Made by a program: the position numbers and the translations under genes | Shown: piece after piece, positions 1 to 9,572 of the stretch | How positions within the stretch are numbered: the stretch's first letter is position 1 | How the letters are laid out: the number at the start of each line of letters is the position of its first letter | Notes under the pieces: generated by a model | What the model saw: only the letters and a program-made list of their open reading frames with translations | The model's database searches: none | What the model was told of the DNA's origin: nothing | From: an uncultured Actinomycetes bacterium | Lineage (GTDB): Bacteria > Actinomycetota > Thermoleophilia > UBA2241 | Direction of reading: 5' to 3' | DNA length: 64,000 bases | NCBI GenBank assembly: GCA_963755025.1 | Contig: CAVWIH010000026.1 | Location: 32,001 to 96,000, forward strand

Positions 1-1307
1 GCCAGGCGCGCGCGCCCGACGGCGAGTAGCGCGCCGCCAGGAAGGTGTCGATATTCTTGCCGACGTCGTAGCCGCCGGTGAAGATGGTGCCGGCCGCGTC
101 GCAGGCGACGTCGTTCCAGACGGCCTGGTGGGTGAGCGAGTCGTAGGCGAGGCGCTGCCAGGTGAGCCTGCCGGTCGCGCTGTAACGCAGCACGAAGGCG
201 TGTTCGCGGGTGACCGGAGTGTCTATGCCGGCGCCGACGACCACGGCGTTGCCGTGCGCGTCGACCGCCAGCGCGCGCGAGTACTCCGCGGTCTTGGCGA
301 GCTCGAGCCAGGTGCGCACCCAGAGCCGCCTGCCGGCCAGCGTGTACCTGGCGAGCACGACGCGCTGGTCGCTCGCGCTCGTGGCCTCGTAGCCGGTCAC
401 CCAGAGCGACGTGCCGCGCAGCGCGATGGCGGTGCCGCCGTCGCTCAGGTGCCTTGGGTCGGCCACGCGCGCGCTCCACGAGACGCGTCCGCTGCCGGCG
501 CCGAAGCGCACCGTGATGAGGTCGAGGTCGCCGCGCGCGCTCTGGCCGACGCCGGTGACGTAGGCGTTGCCGGCGCCGTCGAGCACCAGCTTGCGGCCCT
601 CGTTGAAGCTGTGCGCGGCGCCTGCGTAGCCGCGCTTCCAGATGAGGTGGCCGTCGCTGCCCAGCTTGCGCACCACCAGGGCGCTCACCGGGCCGCCGGG
701 GTGCGTGCCGGTCTGCACCGAGCCGCACACGTAGATCGAGCCGGCGGGCGTGCAGGCGACGTCCCAGGCCTGCGCGTTCCAGCCGACGCCGGCCTTGGCC
801 GGGAAGGTGCGCTGCCACAGGGCCACGCCGGCGGCGCTCCACTTGGCCACGACCCACTCGCGGCCGCTGGTCGCCGTGGCGTTCGTGCCCACGGCGATCA
901 CGCGCGCCGCTCGAGTCGACGGCGATCGCCGCGACGGTGTCGCCGAGGTGCTCGGCGGGGTTGTCCCAGGTGCGGCTCCAGAGCAGGTGGCCGGCGGCGG
1001 CGTCGTTGCCCGAGAAGCGCGCGACCATGAGGTCGGAGGTGCCGGTCGCCAGGTCGAGGTCGGACTCGCCGCCGGCGTAGAGCGAGCCGTTGGCGCCCCG
1101 CGCCACGTCGACCCAGCGCTCGGTGTTGGCGGTGGGACCGATGACGTTCGTCCACAGGCCGCGCGGCGGCAGGGTGGCGGCGCGGGCCGGCGCAGCCGCG
1201 CCCGCGCACACGGCGCAGGCCGCGGCGACGAGCGCCAGCAGCGCGACCGCGAGCGTCCGGCCCGGTACGCAGGTGCGTACGAAGGAACGACGAGAATGCC
1301 CGCGCAT
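1..1307 (-). CDS. Secreted beta-propeller (SBBP-like) repeat protein; runs off the window edge; one apparent +1 frameshift near 900
   Basis: Manual translation from ATG 1307 (G-rich RBS upstream): signal peptide MRGHSRRSF..LAVALLALVAAAC..ARA, then repeats such as 'LVLDGAGNAYVTG', 'ALAVDAHGNAVVVG', 'DVACDAAGTIFTGG' with 'G.L.W.R' strands. The frame at 1307 differs from the frame at the window edge. Not in the ORF track. Confidence 0.75.
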   Translation of the reverse strand, partial: MRGHSRRSFVRTCVPGRTLAVALLALVAAACAVCAGAAAPARAATLPPRGLWTNVIGPTANTERWVDVARGANGSLYAGGESDLDLATGTSDLMVARFSGNDAAAGHLLWSRTWDNPAEHLGDTVAAIAVDSSGARDRRGHERHGDQRPRVGRGQVERRRRGPVAAHLPGQGRRRLERAGLGRRLHARRLDLRVRLGADRHAPRRPGERPGGAQAGQRRPPHLEARLRRRRAQLQRGPQAGARRRRQRLRHRRRPERARRPRPHHGALRRRQRTRLVERARGRPKAPERRRHRHRAARHVALGDRLRGHERERPARRARQVHAGRQAALGAHLARARQDRGVLARAGGRRARQRRGRRRRHRHSGHPRTRLRAALQRDRQAHLAAPRLRLAHPPGRLERRRLRRGRHHLHRRLRRRQEYRHLPGGALLAVGRARL

Positions 1308-1556
1308 GACTGCCCCCCAGCTGTAGCCCACTTCTCCCGACGAGGAGTATACGACTCGGCTCCCACGAAGGACCGAATAGGCAGGACGGCCGCCGTTGCA
1401 GGCGCACGCGAAGAGCGTAGGCAGAATGGGATACGGGGGCCGTGCGACGGGGCCGGGCAAGCCGCCGCGCGACCGCCGGGGTGGGGGGAGCGCCAAAGGT
1501 CGCGCGCCATCTGCTTGATCGGCGCGCAATGGCCGAGCCGAGCCTGTGGGTCCGGC

Positions 1557-2066
1557 CTACTCCGTCAGGTCGATCTGGCGCAGCTCGTCGAGCAGGTCGC
1601 CGCCCTTGTCGGGCGAGAAGCCGCGGCCGTCGAACCAGCGCACCACGCCGTCGGCGTCGAGCAGCACGACCGAGGCGCCCACGAAGCCGTCGTCGCCGAG
1701 GAACTCGTGCACCGGCACGCCCTCGCCGTACAGGGTGACCACCTGCGGCCAGAGCACGCGGGGCACGCCCTTGCGCATGCCGTTGTCGATCCAGCCGGCC
1801 CAGGGCCGGTAGGCGATCGCCGGTATGGTCGGCACCTCGTAGACCGTCAGCCCGGGCTCGCGCACGGCGAGGAACTCAAGCCAGCTCGACACGTCGACCT
1901 GGGCCATGCGCTGGTAGGCGACCAGCAGCACCGAGGGGGCGCCGAACAGGTCGTCGGGAAAGCACACGTTCTCGCCCGACAGCGCCGTGCCGGTGACGGT
2001 CGGAAAGCGGCGGCCGACCGGGTCGGGGACGGGCGTCTCGTCGGAATCGCGCAGTGGAAAGCTCAT
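1557..2066 (-). CDS. Thioredoxin-like fold hypothetical protein (ATP10-like)
   Basis: ORF 1557..2261 with the start trimmed to ATG 2066; 'FPTVTGTALSGENVCFPDD..LLVAYQR.AQ.DV.SW..WIDNGMRKG..VVLLDADGVVRW' resembles bacterial ATP10-like proteins. Confidence 0.6.
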   Translation of the reverse strand: MSFPLRDSDETPVPDPVGRRFPTVTGTALSGENVCFPDDLFGAPSVLLVAYQRMAQVDVSSWLEFLAVREPGLTVYEVPTIPAIAYRPWAGWIDNGMRKGVPRVLWPQVVTLYGEGVPVHEFLGDDGFVGASVVLLDADGVVRWFDGRGFSPDKGGDLLDELRQIDLTE

Positions 2067-2358
2067 AACCCCAGTCTGCCCGCTGACGGCGGTTCCAAGT
2101 ATGGGCCATTCGCCTAGGGGTGGCCCACGCGTGCCGGCAGACGCGGGCCGGCGGCTGAGCGTTGAAGCGCTGGGCGGGCGCCTCGAGGTCCGGGCTGCCT
2201 TTCCCGAGCAGACCGTCGGGCTCGAGGTCGGCAAGGGCGGCAACGCGCGCCGCCGGCGCAAGCAGGCGGACGCCTCGTAGACGAACGCTACACCCGGCGA
2301 GCGCGCGAGGCGCGCTCGCCGTGAGCGGCGCTACCCTGGATCTGGGTCTGCTTGCGGC

Positions 2359-4047
2359 CTACTTCGCCCCGAACTGCTCGAGCTGCCGGCGCAGCTCACG
2401 CGGCGTGATGCGCAGCCAGTCGGCCGCCTGCTCGAGCGGACACGACGCGCGCTTCGAACAGCGCCAGCACCTGGGCGCGCATGCGCCCCGGCACGCGCAC
2501 ACCCTGCGGCGCTATGCGCCACGGGTTCTGCGACTGGCCGGGCCGCGACTCGGCAGTGAGCACCGAGAGCGTGTCGCGCAGGCCGCCCAGAAAGATCTGC
2601 CGCGAGATGAGCCGCGCCTCGCGGGCGCGCAGCTGCTGGTCGAGCAGTCGCAGCTGCGTGGGGCCGGCGAGTATGCCGGCCGCCTTGGCGCGGTAGCGAG
2701 CCACCCAGAAGCTCACGCCAAAGTGGTTGGCCAAACGCACGACGGTGTCGACGGCCTCGGCGGCGGGGTCGCGCGCGACTGCGCGCGACCCCGCCGCCGC
2801 ACCGTCCATCTCATACCAGCGGCGCACCGCGGCGAGCGGCGCGACGAACTCCTCGGCGAAGGCGTTGGCGTCGGTCTCGTGGCGGCTGCGCCCCGACCAG
2901 TCGATGCGCTCGTCGTAGGCCTCGCCGTGGCCGAGCGCCAAGTGGGCGAACTCGTGGGCCAGGGCGAAGCGCTGCATGGCGACCGGCCGCCCAAAGCCGT
3001 TGACGAAGATGAAGGGACGGACGGCGGGTGGGGCCGCGGCGCGGGCGGCCGAGGCGCTGCCCGGCGCGGCGCTGCTCGCGGCGGCGCGGGCTGCCGCGAG
3101 CGTTTGATAGCGCGGCGCCTCGGGCCGCTGCCGCGCCGGGCGCGCCGCCGCCTGCGGCGGCGCCAGCCCGCGGCGCCGCGACCAGCGCGCAGGCGCCGTG
3201 GGGCGTGTCGCGAGTCGAGGCGGGCGTGGACGACGTCGACGCCCGCCGCCTCGAGCAGCGGCACGAGATCGGGCAGCGGGCCTTCGTCGCCGGCGCCCAG
3301 CTCGTGGCGCCAGAAGCGCGCCAGGCGCACCGGGTCGGCGTGCGTGGCGTGGGGCAGGGCGGCGAACGGCGAGGCGCGCTCGAAGTCGGCGTCGTGGGGT
3401 TCGCCGCTGGCGCCGGCCAGCGCCTCGACGTCGAGGGCGTCGCGCACGACCTCGGCGAACAGCGCCGGCTCGAGGCCGCGCGGCCGCGCGCGGCCGCGCG
3501 GCACGTCGGGCGCTTCCATGGCGAGGTCGCCGGGAGGACTCGCGCCGAACGACGGGCCGAACGACGCGGCGCCCAACAAGGTGTCGCCGGATGACAGTCG
3601 CACCGGCGCCGAGGCGGAGCTCGCCGCCGCCGGGCCTTCGTGCCCGGCGGGACCCGCGGCGGGATCGCGTGCGCCTTCGCTCGGGCCGCGCCGGCCTTCG
3701 GCGCGTACCGCCCGAGCATTACTGCGCGGCGCGGCGGGCTCGTCCCACGGTTCCTGCGGCGACCGGGGCGACTGGAGCATCATCTCGGCCGCGTACGGGT
3801 CGCCGGCGCCAGCGTCGGCCGGATCGGGCGCGAGCAGCACGCCGGGGTCGATCGCCAGAATGCGGGCGAGCTGGCTCACCTGCGCCGCCGACAGCCGGCG
3901 CTGGCCCGACTCTATGCGGCTGAGCGCCGACTGGGTCAGCTCCATGCGGCGGGCGAGCTCGCGCTGCGTCAGGCCGGCGGCGTCGCGCAGCCGCGCCAGG
4001 CGGCGGCCGAGCTCGCGCTCGTGTGAGTAGCCCCGCTCGTCGTCCAC
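2359..4047 (-). CDS. XRE-family HTH fused to ImmA/IrrE (DUF955) zinc metallopeptidase; several apparent frameshifts
   Basis: GTG 4047 after GGAGG; N-terminal HTH 'LARLRDAAGLTQRELARRMELTQSALSRIESGQRRL'; C-terminal 'QRFALAHEFAHL..ETDANAFAEEF' (HExxH + ExxAxxFA); ends 'LRRQLEQFGAK*' at 2359. Confidence 0.85.
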
Positions 4048-4122
4048 CGGTCCTCCTTCAGCCTCGGCGCCGCGTCCGACTTTCCCCTGAGTCAAGTCTA
4101 TACCCGTCTTTTCCGTCCGACG

Positions 4123-4145
4123 TGATGTTAGTATGTCATCATACC
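4123..4145. promoter_or_regulatory. Candidate operator in the divergent XRE-ImmA / ARPP-1 intergenic region
   Basis: AT-rich patch with overlapping inverted repeats TGATG-N9-CATCA and GTATG-N4-CATAC. Confidence 0.3.
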
Positions 4146-4213
4146 GAGGAACAATGGTTGCGCGGACGATGTCTCAGAGGCATCGAGCCAGCCGAGCCCA
4201 CGAGGAGGACGCT

Positions 4214-5393
4214 ATGGAAGCTGCGCCAAAGACCGACTACCACGGCCACCCCGGTCGCCCCGGACCGCCCGCCGCCTTCGCGGCTGCGCTGCGGCTGGGC
4301 GCGCCGCAGAGTCACGGCAGCCTCACGGTGGTGCCGCTCGCCTTCTGGCGCGACCGCGGACCGCACTACGACACGCTGGCGGCGGCGCTGCGCGCCGGCA
4401 CCCTCCACGTCACCGAGATCAGCGCCGGCGGCTCGGTGCCCGAGCTGAAGGTGATCAACCAGGGCGCCAGGGCCGTGCTCATGCTCGACGGCGAGGAGCT
4501 CGTGGGCGCCAAGCAGAACCGCGTGTTGAACAGCGCCGTGCTGGTGCGCGAGCACAGCAGCCTCGTGGCACCGGTGAGCTGCGTCGAGGCCGGCCGCTGG
4601 AACTACAGCGGCCACGAGTTCCACGACGAGGAGGTCGTGGTGCACGCCAGGGTGCGGCGCGCCGTGCACGAGTCGGTCTCGATGAGCCTGAGCGCCGCAG
4701 GCGCCCACCGCTCCGACCAGGGCCGCGTGTGGGCCGAGGTCGCCGAACTGCAGGAGTTCGCCGAGCACGCCTCGCATACCGGCGCCCACCGCGACGTCTA
4801 CGCGCAGCGCGCCGGCGACATAGCCGGCTACCTGGACGCCTTCCCGCGGCAGCGCGGCCAGCACGGCCTGCTGGTGCTGCGCGACGGCGCGGTCGTGGGC
4901 CTCGACTTCGTCTCGCGCGCGGCCGCCTACGTCCAGCTGCACGACAAGCTGCTGCGCAGCTACGCGTTCGATGCGGTGACGCGGGAAATGAGCCAGGGGC
5001 GGCGACCGGCCGCGCCGCGCGGCGGTGGGCGGGTGGCCGGTTCGAAGCGCGGGAAGGACACGGGCGCGAGTGGCGGGTCCGGCGGGGGAGAGGGCGAGAG
5101 CGTGGGGCTGCGCCCCGACGCCGCCCTCGCGCGGGCCGCCGCGTTCCTCGAGGCGATCGGCGGGCTGCCGAGCCGCAGCTTCAAGTCGCCGGGGCGCGGC
5201 TGCGACGTGCGCTACTGCGGGCGACGGCATCTCGGGGGCGGCGCTTGAGGTGCGCGGCGTGGTGGTGCACGGAGCGTTCTTTGCGGCTGAGGATGCGCGC
5301 GGCGGCGGCGAGTTGGTCAATGCGGATGCGCAGGCGGAGCTGAGGATGGCGGGGTTCGATCGGAGGAGGGCGTATCTGGAGGGGCTGGTCTGA
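4214..5393 (+). CDS. ARPP-1 (DUF6569) family protein; apparent frameshift near 5220
   Basis: ATG 4214 after GAGGAGG; 'VTEISAGGSVPELKVIN..VLMLDGEELVGAKQNRVLN..VSCVEAGRW..SDQGRVW' is typical of the family; C-terminus 'GAALEVRGVVVH' continues in another frame to TGA 5393. Confidence 0.8.
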
Positions 5394-5641
5394 GAGGACC
5401 GAGCGAGGCCAGCCAGCTTGGTGGTCCTCGCGGCGACTCAGAGAACCGGACTGGTGGGGCGGCGCTGCGCGCCGCCCCACCAGTCTTAGAACAGCGGATC
5501 GCTCCCGAGCACGTGGATCTCGGCGGTGCACTTGGAGCGCGTCGACGTCGAGGGTCGGCTCGGTGTGGAGGGGTGGCGGCACTTCGACGAGCCAGGGTTC
5601 GAGGTCTTTCTCGAGGGCGTGCAGGCGCTGGCTCTCGGCTC

Positions 5642-5968
5642 ATGATCGATTCGCACGACGGCTTCCCCGAATCACTGCGGGCGTTCGTCGACGGGGAGGA
5701 GTGGACCTTTGCCAAGACGATGCCCGAGTGGCCTCACGAATACATAGTCCGCGACCGGGTCGACGGGGAGCTCTTCGAGCGCCTGGTCACCCACATTCGC
5801 GACCACGGCTACGAGGGCCGCTTCTACGAGAGGGTCATCACCTACTACGAAGAGGCGGACCTGGTCTACTGGACGATGGGCGCGCCGCTCCGCGAAACGA
5901 CCATCGTCAACCGGTGTCACAGCGAAGACACTTATGCACACCGCCTCAGCCTCGGCACGCTGCCGTAG
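5642..5968 (+). CDS. Conserved hypothetical protein (WTFAKTMP..PHEY / YWTMG motif family)
   Basis: Globular, aromatic-rich 108-aa ORF with good codon usage: 'WTFAKTMPEWPHEYIVR..YWTMGAP..TTIVNR'. Confidence 0.7.
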   Translation: MIDSHDGFPESLRAFVDGEEWTFAKTMPEWPHEYIVRDRVDGELFERLVTHIRDHGYEGRFYERVITYYEEADLVYWTMGAPLRETTIVNRCHSEDTYAHRLSLGTLP

Positions 5969-6244
5969 CCGGGGGTCTCAGGGTTGCCTCGGCCCTCCGC
6001 CGCGCGGTGGCCCGGCGCCGCTTCGGCGCTCTGTCTACACCCCGCTTGCCTCCGGACGCGGTTTCATCGGCGTCTCGCAGATGCTACGGAACGCAGCCAG
6101 CGCTCGGAGGCAGGCCCTCTTGAAGGCGGAGGGAATTGCTCGGCGGCCGGCGTGAGCGCTCGGAGCAGGGTGGCATAGACCGGGAAGAGCACCGTAGAAG
6201 GAGGGCGGGGCTGCACCCGCCCGCCATGCTTACCCCGACCGTGG

Positions 6245-6328
6245 CTAGGTACCCAACCCCACCCTTCGTAGGCACGCCCCGCACACTTGCCCCGCGTCCA
6301 TCAACTCTGCCCCCGTCGGCGTCGATGA
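6245..6328 (+). promoter_or_regulatory. Repeated upstream cassette with sigma28 (FliA/SigD/WhiG)-like promoter, copy 1
   Basis: GGTAC..CCCCA..TAGGCA(6269)-N5-CGCACACTTG, then TCAA(6301)-N16-GTCGATGA(6321); homologous to 9397-9479 and 16877-16960. Confidence 0.6.
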
Positions 6329-6402
6329 GTTTGGTAACACCCCGGCGACTGGGCGACCTTGGCCATTCGGCCTGACCCTCGAAACCGGCGGCAGCCACAC
6401 CC
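6329..6402 (+). ncRNA. Structured 5' leader resembling a variant c-di-GMP-I (GEMM) riboswitch, copy 1
   Basis: GGUAACA-CCCCG-GCGA-CUGGG-CGACC (GNRA hairpin) followed by GCC..GGCCUGAC..CGGCAGCC, matching the GEMM P2/P3 scaffold but lacking the canonical GCAAAGC junction. Confidence 0.4.
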
Positions 6403-6422
6403 CGCGTTCGAGGAGACAGCCC

Positions 6423-9110
6423 ATGTTCGCAAGCCGCGCAGGCGCCACGTCGCAAGGATTGGCGGCCGTACCGCCGCAAGGGCCGACCGCTCCGCAACGA
6501 TCGTCGACCATCTTGCCGCAGTCGTCGGCCAGCTCACAGGGTCCGTCGGCCGCGCCGCCACGAGCGCCGCACCGCCCCCGCGCCGCGCGCCTGCGGACCA
6601 CCGCCCTGCTCGTCCTCGCCCTCATCGCCCTAGCCTTGGCCGCCGTCTTCCTCGTGGGCCTGGCCGTGCCGAACGCCGCCCTCGCGGCTAACCAGAAGCC
6701 CTCCGTCACGAGCCTCAGCCCGGCGAGCGGCACCACCGCGGGTGGCACCACGGTGACCGTCAGCGGTCGCGCCTTCACCAGTTTCGGGCGCAGCCTGGTC
6801 ACCAGGGTCGTGTTCGGCGCCAAGGTGGCGCACTACCGCGTCGGAGCGCACAGCACGGTCATCTGCACGGCGCCCGCCGGCACGGGCACCGTCAACGTGT
6901 TCGTCACCACGAAGGGCGGCACCACTGCCAAGGTGAGCGCCGACCGCTACGCCTACAAGGCCCCCATCGTGGCGCCCGCCATCACCGCCTTCGCCTTCGC
7001 GGGTCGCGACACGACCATCAGCGGCGTCATCGACCAGAGCGCCCACACCATCGCCGCGACGGTACCCTTCGGCACCAGCCTCACCGCGCTCGTCGCGACG
7101 TTCACGACGACCGGCTCCGCGGTCAAGGTGGGCGGCGTCGCGCAGGTAAGCGGCGTCACCGCCAACGACTTCAGCGCCCCCGTCGTCTACACGGTCTCTG
7201 CCGCCGGCGCCCCCGCGCAGAGCTACACGGTGACCGTCACGGTCGCGCCCAGCTCGGCCAAGGCGATCACCTCCTTCGGTTTCGACGGCCTCGACCCCGC
7301 CGTCACCGGCACGATCGACCAGAGCGCGCACACCATCGACCTGACCGTGCCCTACGGCACGTCGCTCGACGGACTGGTCGCGACCTTCACGACCACCGGT
7401 GCCTCGGTCTACGTCACCGGCGAGACCCAGTCCAGCGGCCACACGGTCCAAGGCTTCAGCGACCCCGTCGTCTACAAGGTGGTCGCGGCCGATGGCTCCA
7501 ACCAGGACTACACGGTGACCGTCACGGTCGCCGCCGATCCCGCCAAGGCGATCACCGCCTTCAGCTTCGGCGGCCTCGATCCCACCGTCACCGGCGCCAT
7601 CGACGAGACGGCGCACACCATCGCCCTGACCGTGCCCTACGGCACCGACCCGAGCGAGCTGATCGCGAGCTTCACGACCACCGGCGCCTCGGTCGCCATC
7701 GGCGACGTCGCGCAGACGAGCGGGGCCACCGCCAACGACTTCAGCGACCCCGTCACCTACACCGTGACCGCGGCCGACGGGACCACGCAGGACTACACGG
7801 TGACCGTCACGGTCGCCGCCAGCCTCGTCGTGGGCCAAAGCTACGGCGGCGGCGTGGTGGCCTGGCTCGCCGATCCCGGCGACCCGGCGGCCGAGCAGAG
7901 CGGCCTGATCGCCGCCACCGACGACCTCGTCGCGCCATGGGCGCCCGACGGCGACGAGACGACCTCTGTGCCGGGTACCGGCACCGCGCTCGGCAGCGGC
8001 TCGGCGAACACCACCCTGATCATGCTCCAGTACGGCCCCGGCGAGTACGCCGCGAGCGTGGCGCGCGCCTACAACGGCGGCGGCTTCAGCGACTGGTACC
8101 TGCCCAGCAAAGACGAGGTGGCCCAGCTCTACGCAAACGAAGACCAGATAGGCGGCTTTGACGGCGACGACTACTGGAGCTCTTCCGAGTACACCGCCGG
8201 CAACGCCTGGGCCGAGTACTTCTATCTGGGCGTCCCGTTCAGCGGCGCCAAGCACTTCGAGGAGAGGCTGCGGCCCGTGCGCTCGTTCCCGGCCGACCCG
8301 GCCAAGGCGATCGGCTCGTTCACGTTCCCGGCCAGCACCGCCACGACCATCGACCAGAGCGCCCACACGATCGCCGTGACCATGCCCTACGGCACCGACC
8401 TGAGCGATCTGACGGCGAGCTTCACCACGACCGGCGCGGTGGTCGCAGTGGGCAACACCCCGCAGGCGAGCGGCACCACCAGCGACGACTTCAGCGACCC
8501 CGTCACCTACACGGTGACCGCCGCCGACGCCTCCACGCAGGACTACACGGTGACCGTGACCGTCGCTCCGGCGCCTCCCCAGATCGAGGCCGTCGACCCG
8601 CCCTGCGGGCCCATGACCGCCGCGACGGGCGTCACGATCACCGGCAGCGGCTTCACCGGCGCCACCGCGGTGCGCTTCGGCGCGGCGGCGGCCACGAACG
8701 TCGTCGTGGTCAACGACACGCAGATCACCTGCACCGCGCCGTCCTCGGCGCAGAGCCACACCGTCGACGTGACCGTGACCACCCCGGCCGGCACGAGCGC
8801 CCTCACCGGCGGCGACACCTACAGCTACCTCCCCGTGGTGCTCGGCCTCAGCTCCTACGTCGGTGACCTCGACGGGGGCGCCACCATCACGATCACCGGC
8901 GAAGGCTTCACCGGCGTTACAGCGGTCGCCTTCGGTGTGAACGACCCGGCCACCGACGTCGTCGTCGTCAACGACACGCACATCACCTGCACCGTGCCCG
9001 CCTGGATCCCCCAGATCTCGCAGCACGCGAGTGTGACGGTGACCGGTCCGGCCGGCACGAGCAACGGCGCGTTCGACGGCGTCTCTTACTACTACTACGA
9101 GATGGACTGA
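6423..9110 (+). CDS. Cell-surface protein: IPT/TIG domains, ~95-aa Ig-like (DUF5018-like) repeats and an internal DUF1566 (Lcl C-terminal, C-type lectin-like) domain
   Basis: GAGGAG RBS; signal/TM segment; IPT 'SLSPASGTTAGGTTVTVSG'; 4 repeats 'AKAITxF..IDQSAHTI..VPYGT..LVASFTTTG..DFSDPVTYTVTAADG.TQDYTVTVT'; DUF1566 'DWYLPSKDE..YWSSSE..AW..F..G..K..RPVRSF'; two C-terminal IPT domains. Confidence 0.9.
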   Translation: MFASRAGATSQGLAAVPPQGPTAPQRSSTILPQSSASSQGPSAAPPRAPHRPRAARLRTTALLVLALIALALAAVFLVGLAVPNAALAANQKPSVTSLSPASGTTAGGTTVTVSGRAFTSFGRSLVTRVVFGAKVAHYRVGAHSTVICTAPAGTGTVNVFVTTKGGTTAKVSADRYAYKAPIVAPAITAFAFAGRDTTISGVIDQSAHTIAATVPFGTSLTALVATFTTTGSAVKVGGVAQVSGVTANDFSAPVVYTVSAAGAPAQSYTVTVTVAPSSAKAITSFGFDGLDPAVTGTIDQSAHTIDLTVPYGTSLDGLVATFTTTGASVYVTGETQSSGHTVQGFSDPVVYKVVAADGSNQDYTVTVTVAADPAKAITAFSFGGLDPTVTGAIDETAHTIALTVPYGTDPSELIASFTTTGASVAIGDVAQTSGATANDFSDPVTYTVTAADGTTQDYTVTVTVAASLVVGQSYGGGVVAWLADPGDPAAEQSGLIAATDDLVAPWAPDGDETTSVPGTGTALGSGSANTTLIMLQYGPGEYAASVARAYNGGGFSDWYLPSKDEVAQLYANEDQIGGFDGDDYWSSSEYTAGNAWAEYFYLGVPFSGAKHFEERLRPVRSFPADPAKAIGSFTFPASTATTIDQSAHTIAVTMPYGTDLSDLTASFTTTGAVVAVGNTPQASGTTSDDFSDPVTYTVTAADASTQDYTVTVTVAPAPPQIEAVDPPCGPMTAATGVTITGSGFTGATAVRFGAAAATNVVVVNDTQITCTAPSSAQSHTVDVTVTTPAGTSALTGGDTYSYLPVVLGLSSYVGDLDGGATITITGEGFTGVTAVAFGVNDPATDVVVVNDTHITCTVPAWIPQISQHASVTVTGPAGTSNGAFDGVSYYYYEMD

Positions 9111-9204
9111 CCGGCGCGCCGCACCGGCCCGCACGCTGGACCGGACCAGAGGGGCGACCGGGGCGTTGGACTCAAAGCAGCCGGCGGTCTCACAGGCGCA
9201 TGAG

Positions 9205-9250
9205 CAAGACGGCGAGGGGGCCCGCGAAAGCGGGCCCCCTCGCCGTCTTG
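9205..9250. terminator. Long GC hairpin after surface protein 1
   Basis: CAAGACGGCGAGGGGGCCCGC-GAAA-GCGGGCCCCCTCGCCGTCTTG, a perfect 21-bp stem; near-identical copy at 11880-11917. Confidence 0.7.
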
Positions 9251-9390
9251 CCGCGCTTGTCCGAGCGCCCGAGCGACGCCGTCTGCCGCGCTTGTCCGAC
9301 GCCCGAGCGACGCCGTCTGCCGCGCTTGTCCGGCGCCCGAGCGACGCCGTCCGCCGCGCCTGTCCGACGCCCGAGCGACGCCGTCTGCCG
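9250..9390. repeat. ~34-bp tandem repeat, about 4 copies
   Basis: Unit GCCGCGCTTGTCCGACGCCCGAGCGACGCCGTCT repeated head-to-tail with 1-2 substitutions and no spacers. Confidence 0.85.
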
Positions 9391-9396
9391 CCAGAC

Positions 9397-9479
9397 CTGG
9401 GTACCCGACCCCACCCTCGCTAGGCAAGCTCCGCACTCTTGTCCCACTCCCTCAACTCCGCTCCCGTACGAGCCGATGA
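9397..9479 (+). promoter_or_regulatory. Repeated upstream cassette with sigma28-like promoter, copy 2
   Basis: CTGGGTAC..CCCCA..TAGGCA(9421)-N5-CGCACTCTTG; TCAA(9452)-N16-GCCGATGA(9472). Confidence 0.65.
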
Positions 9480-9553
9480 GGTTGGTACGACCCCGGCGAC
9501 TGGGCGCACCTCAGCCATTGGCCTGAACTAGGAGCCGGCGGCAGCCAGACCCC
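9480..9553 (+). ncRNA. GEMM-like structured leader, copy 2
   Basis: GGUACGA-CCCCG-GCGA-CUGGG-CGCACC-UCAGCCAUUGGCCUGAA..CGGCAGCCAG; conserved with copy 1. Confidence 0.4.
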
Positions 9554-9572
9554 GCGTTCGAGGAGACAGCCC

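Noticed and set aside
8160-8295. Complete diversity-generating retroelement
   Set aside because: No reverse transcriptase, avd gene or adenine-variant template repeat was seen in the window.
9250-9390. CRISPR array
   Set aside because: Head-to-tail repeats with no unique spacers, and no cas genes in the window.
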